A DNA stretch of 64,000 nucleotides from an uncultured Planctomycetota bacterium (GTDB taxonomy: Bacteria > Planctomycetota > PLA2 > JAEUHO01), in assembly GCA_963752285.1 (NCBI GenBank), contig CAVVXN010000001.1, forward strand, positions 320,001 to 384,000, given 5' to 3'. Below the pieces are notes generated by a model, which saw only the letters and a list, made by a program, of their open reading frames with translations, made no database searches and had not been told where the DNA came from. Positions 58,724-64,000 of this stretch are shown here, in pieces (within the stretch, counting starts at the first letter, position 1; every line of letters starts with the position of its first letter). The position numbers and the translations under genes were made by a program.

Positions 58724-60397
58724 TCAGGCGAAGCGGCGGTGCGTGCCCTTCGTCTCGGCCGTGCGGCCCTCGGCCTCGCGCTCCGCGGCCAGGCGCTCGC
58801 GGTAGGTGGCGTAGTTGCCTTCCCAGAAGCGGGCCGTGCCGTCCTCGGAGAGGGCGAGGATGTGCGTCGCGATCCGGTCGAGGAAGAACCGGTCGTGGGA
58901 GACGACGACGGCCGAGCCGGGGAATAGGACGAGCGCGTCCTCGAGGACGCGCATCGTCGAGAGGTCGAGGTCGTTCGTCGGCTCGTCCACGAGGAGGAGG
59001 TTTCCCCCTCGGCGGAGCATCTTCGCGAGCTGCACGCGGTTCCTCTGCCCGCCCGACAGCGTGCCGACCTTCTGCTGCTGGTCGGCGCCCCGGAAGCCGA
59101 AGTGGGCGACGTACGCGCGGCTGTTCACCGCGCGCGTGCCGAGCCGGAGCTCGTCTTGGCCGTCCGAGATCTCGGCCCAAACGGACTTCCCGGCGTCGAG
59201 GTCCGCGCGGTCCTGGTCCACGGAGCACGTCTCGACCGTCGGACCGAGCACGACCCGGCCGGCGTCGGGCTCGAGTCGCGACGCGATCAGACGGAGCAGG
59301 GTCGTCTTCCCCGTCCCGTTCGGTCCGATCACGCCCAACACGCCACCGGGCGGGAGCTCGAACGAGAGGTTCTCGAGCACGGCGCGGTCCCCGAACCGCT
59401 TCGAGAGGCCCTCCACGCAGAGCACCTGGTCGCCGAGCTTCTCGCCGGGCGGGATCGTGATCGTGACCCCGTCGTCCTGCGTTCGCTGCTGCTGATCGTC
59501 CCAGAGTCGCTCGAATCCCTTGATTCGGGCCTTGCTCTTCGCCGTCCGCGCGCGCGGGCTCTGCCGGATCCACTCGAGCTCCCGCTCGAGCAGCTTCGCG
59601 CGCGCGGCGGACTGCCGTTCCTCGACCGCCTGGCGCGCCGCCTTCTGCTCGAGGTAGGCGGAGTAGTTGCCCTGGTACGGCGTGCCGCGCCCGCGCTCCA
59701 TCTCGAGCATCCACTGCGCGACGTTGTCGAGGAAGTACCGGTCGTGGGTGATCGCGACGACGGTTCCTTCGTACTCGGCGAGGTGGCGCTCGAGCCACTG
59801 CACGGCGTCCGCGTCGAGGTGGTTCGTGGGCTCGTCCAACAGGAGGACGTTCGGGTGTTCGAGCAGGATCCGGCAGAGCGCGACGCGACGGCGCTCGCCC
59901 CCCGAGAGCCTCGCGACGTCGGCGTCGGGCACAGCGAGCCCGAGGGCGTGGCTGGCCTGGTCGAGCCGGCGGTCGAGGTCCCAGGCGCCGCGCGCCTCGA
60001 TCTCGGTTTGCACCGTCTCGAGCTCCTCGAGCGCCCGCTGCATCTCGTCGGGGCCGAGGTCGGTCGCGAGCCGATCGTTCAGGCGGTCGAACCGGTCGAG
60101 CAGCGCGCGGACCTCGCCCACCGCCGCCTCGAGGTTGTCGCGCACCGTGCCGGGCGCGAGCGCGGGCTCCTGGGCGAGGTACCCGACGCGCACGCCGTCC
60201 GCGACGTACCGCGTGCCCTCGTGGTCGGCGTCGGCGCCGGCCATGATGCGGAGCAGCGTGCTCTTGCCCGAGCCGTTCGCGCCGATCACGCCGATGCGGG
60301 CGCCCTTCAAGAAGGCCAGGGTGATGCCCTCGAGGACGGTCCGGCCGTCGAAGACGCGACCGACGCGCTGGAGCTGGATGACGTAGTCCGAGTTCAT
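58724..60397 (-). CDS. ettA: ABC-F ATPase, energy-dependent translational throttle EttA
   Basis: GANGSGKS, LSGGERRRVAL, LLDEPTNHLD, ELEWIRQSPRAR..KSKARI, GPNGTGKT, LSGGQRNRV; no TM helices. Confidence 0.9.
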   Translation of the reverse strand: MNSDYVIQLQRVGRVFDGRTVLEGITLAFLKGARIGVIGANGSGKSTLLRIMAGADADHEGTRYVADGVRVGYLAQEPALAPGTVRDNLEAAVGEVRALLDRFDRLNDRLATDLGPDEMQRALEELETVQTEIEARGAWDLDRRLDQASHALGLAVPDADVARLSGGERRRVALCRILLEHPNVLLLDEPTNHLDADAVQWLERHLAEYEGTVVAITHDRYFLDNVAQWMLEMERGRGTPYQGNYSAYLEQKAARQAVEERQSAARAKLLERELEWIRQSPRARTAKSKARIKGFERLWDDQQQRTQDDGVTITIPPGEKLGDQVLCVEGLSKRFGDRAVLENLSFELPPGGVLGVIGPNGTGKTTLLRLIASRLEPDAGRVVLGPTVETCSVDQDRADLDAGKSVWAEISDGQDELRLGTRAVNSRAYVAHFGFRGADQQQKVGTLSGGQRNRVQLAKMLRRGGNLLLVDEPTNDLDLSTMRVLEDALVLFPGSAVVVSHDRFFLDRIATHILALSEDGTARFWEGNYATYRERLAAEREAEGRTAETKGTHRRFA

Positions 60398-60479
60398 CCG
60401 CCTGTTGTAATCGGCGGGAGGCGGGCGTGCCGGGGGGATCGGACCGGAGAGTCCGCGGGCGGATAGAATCGGGTGCCCC

Positions 60480-60686
60480 ATGGGCACCCCGAGCAAGCGC
60501 ACGATCCTCTCGCGTCTGGTGGACGTCCTCTGCGGGCTGTCCGCCTACGTCGGAGCCCGGTTCATCTGGGCGAACCAGGACGTGTTCTCGAACCTTCCGT
60601 ACGAGCTGCTCACCTTCGCGGCGATCTACCTGCTCCTCCAGGCGATCGTGCGGGGTCGGCGCCTGGCCCGCGAGGGGCGGAAGTAG
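60480..60686 (+). CDS. Small two-TM membrane protein
   Basis: 68 aa, two hydrophobic segments; TAGAAT box 10 nt upstream. Confidence 0.6.
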   Translation: MGTPSKRTILSRLVDVLCGLSAYVGARFIWANQDVFSNLPYELLTFAAIYLLLQAIVRGRRLAREGRK

Positions 60687-60691
60687 GCCGC

Positions 60692-61831
60692 GTGTCCCTC
60701 CTTCGCGCGCTCGCCATCGCCGCCCTCCTCTCGGCGCCCTTCGCCGCGGGGTCCGGGTGCGGCGGCTCCGCGGGCTCGAGCCCCGGCGTGTACGTCGTGT
60801 CCGCGAAGGACCTCGGCGCGCTCGAGACGAATCCCGAGATCCGCGGTCGGGACGGCGGCTACGGGGGCGTGTTCGACGGCCGCTCCGTCTGGATCTACGG
60901 GGACACCGTCCTCCGCGACCCCGCCGCGGACGGGCGCTCCTGGCGGCACAACTCGTGGTCGTACACGTACGACCTCGACAGCTCCGACGGTGTCACGGGG
61001 TTCGAGGAGCCGGTCGACGCCGCGGGCGCCCCGGTGGAGCTCTTCCCCCAGACCGATGACGAGCGCGCCTTCAACGACGTGCACTTCGTCGATCCCTGCA
61101 CGGTCGATCCGTGCGGCGCGCGGCTCGCCGTGTGGCCGGGCCCGATGGTCGTCGATCCCGGCCGGTCTCGCGCGCTCCTCTTCTACCACCTCGTGTACGC
61201 GGAGCCCGGCCCCTTCAACTTCACGTTCCTCGGCTGCTCCATCGCGACCTGGGACGACGCCGGCCAGGCGCCCGTCCGGCCCGTCGTCGCGCCGGGGACC
61301 GCGCACCCGACCCTCCTCTTCGCGAACGGGGAGCCCGACTTCGGGGCCGCGGCGCTTTGCGTGGGCGACACGCTCTACGCCTACGCCTGCCGCTCGGACG
61401 ACTGGGACAAGCCGTGCATCCTCGCTCGCGTACCCCTCGCGGACGCCCTCGACCGGAGCCGGTGGAGGTACTACGTCGGTGGGGGGCGCTGGTCGGACGA
61501 GCTGTCGCTCGCACGCCCCGTGATCGAGGCGTGCGACATCTTCTCCGTGGCCTGGAACCAGGCGCTGGGCTGCTATCTCGCCGTCTACAGCCAGACGCTC
61601 GACACGAAGACGATGATCCGGACCGCGCCCGCCCCCGAGGGCCCGTGGTCGGCGCCGGTCCTGGCCTTCTACACGATCCCGCCCACCGACGACGGCTGGA
61701 CGTACGACGCGCTCGCGCACCCCGAGCTCGAGCGCGACGGAGGCCGCGTGCAGATCGTGTCGTACTCCCGCGTGATCGGGTTCCTCGCCGCGGAGGTCCG
61801 CCTCGTGGAGGTCGTGCTCGCCCGCCGCTGA
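60692..61831 (+). CDS. DUF4185-like beta-propeller lipoprotein
   Basis: Signal/lipobox AGSGC; GRDGG, WIYGDT, LARVP, SVAWN, PEGPWS, YDALAHP. Confidence 0.65.
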   Translation: MSLLRALAIAALLSAPFAAGSGCGGSAGSSPGVYVVSAKDLGALETNPEIRGRDGGYGGVFDGRSVWIYGDTVLRDPAADGRSWRHNSWSYTYDLDSSDGVTGFEEPVDAAGAPVELFPQTDDERAFNDVHFVDPCTVDPCGARLAVWPGPMVVDPGRSRALLFYHLVYAEPGPFNFTFLGCSIATWDDAGQAPVRPVVAPGTAHPTLLFANGEPDFGAAALCVGDTLYAYACRSDDWDKPCILARVPLADALDRSRWRYYVGGGRWSDELSLARPVIEACDIFSVAWNQALGCYLAVYSQTLDTKTMIRTAPAPEGPWSAPVLAFYTIPPTDDGWTYDALAHPELERDGGRVQIVSYSRVIGFLAAEVRLVEVVLARR

Positions 61832-61867
61832 ACACCGGCCGACCCGCGGGCCGCGTCCCGCGCCGCG

Positions 61868-64000
61868 TCACGGGCCGTGGTGGGGGCGGATCTTCTCCAG
61901 CGCCGCGGCGGCGCGCTTCCGCACGTTTTCGTCCGGGTCCTTCTTGAGCGCCTTGAGCGCGTGCTCGGCGGACTTCGCGTCCGGCCCGATCAGCTCGAGC
62001 GCATAGGCCGCCGCGGACCGCGCGAACGCGCTGTCGTCCTTCAAGAGCCGGATGAGCGCGTGCACCGCGGGCTTCCCGATGCCCGCGAGCGCGCGCGAGT
62101 ACTCGTACATCTTCTCGTCCTGCTGCGCCGCGAGCCCGTCGCAGAGGTCCGGGACGAGCTTCGCCGCCACGGCGCCCATCCGGCCGATTGCGTCGAGCGC
62201 CGACGAACGGACCCGGTCCGCAGGGTCGCGCGTCATCCGCTGGAGCACATCGAGAGCGCCCTTCCCCACCGCGGCCATCGCGGCGATGCCCGCTTCGCGG
62301 ACGGCGTCGTCGGGGTCGTCCATGGCGGCCGTGAACGTCGCGCTGGCCGGCTCGGCGGCCGGGCCGAGCGACGCGAGGGTCTCGAGCGCCTCACGGCGGC
62401 GCGCCGCCCCCGGCAGGCTCTTGTCGTCCCCGAGGCGGGCGAGGGCCCGGACGGCCTCGGGCTCGTCCGCGGCGAGCCGCGCCAACGCCTCGAGCGACGC
62501 GCGACGGACGTCGGCGTCCGTGCTGTCCGAGATCTGGACGAGCGCGTCGATGCCGTCCGGTCCAGGCGCCCCGATCCTCCCGATCGCCCGGGCCGCGAGG
62601 GCCCGGACCCGCGCGTCCTTCGCTTGGCGACCGACCCGGATCACGTCGGGCGCCGCGTCGCGCGCCTCGGACCCGAGGCCGGCGATCACGCGGAGCGCGC
62701 CCGCCCACGCCGCCTCGCGACCGCTCCGAAGCGCGCCGACCACCGCGTCGAGCGCGGGCCGCCCCCCGGCGACGAGGCCCGCGACGGCACCGTCCACGAC
62801 GCGCGGGTCGGGGGCCTCGAGCGCGGGGACGAGCGCGGGGACCGCCTCGCCCGGCGCGAGGGACATCCCCGTCCAGGCCGCCTCCGCCGCCGCCCGGATC
62901 GTCGCGCTCTCGTCCGCGCGACAGGCCGAGATCGCCGCGAGCCCGCCCGGGGCGTCCTTTCCCAACGCGCCCAGCGCTCCGAGCGCCTCGGCGCGCTCGC
63001 GCGGGGCTCCGTGAAGCGCGCACTCGGAGACGAACGGCGCGTCCTCCATGGCGCCCGTGCCCAGGCGGACGACGATGCGGAGCGCCACCAGGCGCATCCG
63101 CGGCTCCGCGCTCTGGAGCGCGGTCCCCAGGATCTCGAGCACCGACGCCGGATCGCGTTTCGTCGTGGCGAGCCCCCGGGCGGCCTCGACCCGGACGCGC
63201 GGCGCGCGGTCCACGAGCGCCTTCTGGAGCGCGTCGAGGACCTCGTCGGAAGGTCGGGGGCGGTCCGCCAGGGCCGCGGCGGCCGTGGCGCGGACCGTTT
63301 CGTCGCTCTCGTCGAGCCCGCGGAGCAACGCACGCTCCACGTCGGGCGCGTCGGGGGCGACGTGCGAGAGGGCGGCCGCGGCGCCCACCCGCACCGGCGG
63401 CGCGGGATCGGCGAGGAGCGCGCGGAGGCGGTCGGCCGAGGTCGCGGCGTCCGTCCCGACGCTGGAGATCGCCTCGAGGGCGGCGGCGCGGAGCCGGACG
63501 TCCTCCGTGTCGAGCGTCCGGACGAGATCGTCGAGGGCCGGTCGCGCTCCCGCCTGGAGCCCCGCGAGCGCGCGGGCGGCCGCCAGGCGCACCGCGGGGG
63601 ACGCGTCGGCGAGCATTCCCGCCAGCCGCTTCACGTCCCGGGCGTCCGGCTCGAGGGCGGCGACCGCGCGCGCGAGGGCGGCGCGCACCTGCGGGTCCGG
63701 GTCGGACGCGAGACGCGCCCACTCGGCGCGCGCGGGGGCGAGACGGTAGAGCGCGACGGCGTCGAGGATCCGCGCCTTCTCGGCGGCCGGGCGGGAGGTG
63801 TCCTGGAGCGCCGTCACGAGGTCCGAGCGGTCGGCCGGCAGCGTCGGGAAGTGGGACGGCGTCTCGAGGAGGAGCACGCACATGGCCGTCGTGTACACGC
63901 GACCCGCGTCGGCGCTCCACGCGCTGTCCGTGTCCCACGAGCCTTTGTACGCGCACGCGTCGCCGTCGTGGCGCTGCGCGCCCACGACGGCCTGCTCGAG
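61868..64000 (-). CDS. HEAT-repeat protein with upstream prenyltransferase/squalene-cyclase-like repeat (5' end outside window)
   Basis: GSWD...WS..AGRVYTTAMCVLLLE followed by numerous HEAT/PBS-lyase repeats. Confidence 0.78.
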   Translation of the reverse strand, partial: LEQAVVGAQRHDGDACAYKGSWDTDSAWSADAGRVYTTAMCVLLLETPSHFPTLPADRSDLVTALQDTSRPAAEKARILDAVALYRLAPARAEWARLASDPDPQVRAALARAVAALEPDARDVKRLAGMLADASPAVRLAAARALAGLQAGARPALDDLVRTLDTEDVRLRAAALEAISSVGTDAATSADRLRALLADPAPPVRVGAAAALSHVAPDAPDVERALLRGLDESDETVRATAAAALADRPRPSDEVLDALQKALVDRAPRVRVEAARGLATTKRDPASVLEILGTALQSAEPRMRLVALRIVVRLGTGAMEDAPFVSECALHGAPRERAEALGALGALGKDAPGGLAAISACRADESATIRAAAEAAWTGMSLAPGEAVPALVPALEAPDPRVVDGAVAGLVAGGRPALDAVVGALRSGREAAWAGALRVIAGLGSEARDAAPDVIRVGRQAKDARVRALAARAIGRIGAPGPDGIDALVQISDSTDADVRRASLEALARLAADEPEAVRALARLGDDKSLPGAARRREALETLASLGPAAEPASATFTAAMDDPDDAVREAGIAAMAAVGKGALDVLQRMTRDPADRVRSSALDAIGRMGAVAAKLVPDLCDGLAAQQDEKMYEYSRALAGIGKPAVHALIRLLKDDSAFARSAAAYALELIGPDAKSAEHALKALKKDPDENVRKRAAAALEKIRPHHGP

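Overview
Very GC-rich bacterial chromosomal window, probably from a Planctomycetota genome. This is an inference from an ECF sigma factor with a long membrane-anchored extension, many HEAT-repeat proteins, a prenyltransferase-repeat protein and a membrane Ser/Thr kinase. It holds about 50 real CDS; most long ORFs in the supplied track are GC shadows. I saw no rRNA, tRNA, CRISPR array, transposase or integrase. Best candidate for an undescribed system: a tungsten/molybdopterin redox region (6.6-23.2 kb). An AOR-family aldehyde oxidoreductase is translationally coupled to an FDH1-type formate dehydrogenase alpha subunit with no beta/diaphorase subunit next to it. It is followed by a three-gene PntAB transhydrogenase and preceded by a hybrid kinase. 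Nearby are MoeA-PBP and a MobA-MoaD fusion. A perfect 26-bp inverted repeat covers the AOR start codon. Other notable items: two paralogous large exported proteins with a shared uncharacterised 'S-x-C-C' domain, a CHAT protease beside a DUF928-like lipoprotein, a desaturase pseudogene with an internal deletion, a lipid A uronic-acid modification cluster, a palindromic tandem repeat array, and many apparently leaderless TAnnnT promoters. Two frameshifts lie in homopolymer runs and are probably sequencing errors. All family calls come from motif recognition by eye; no searches were run.
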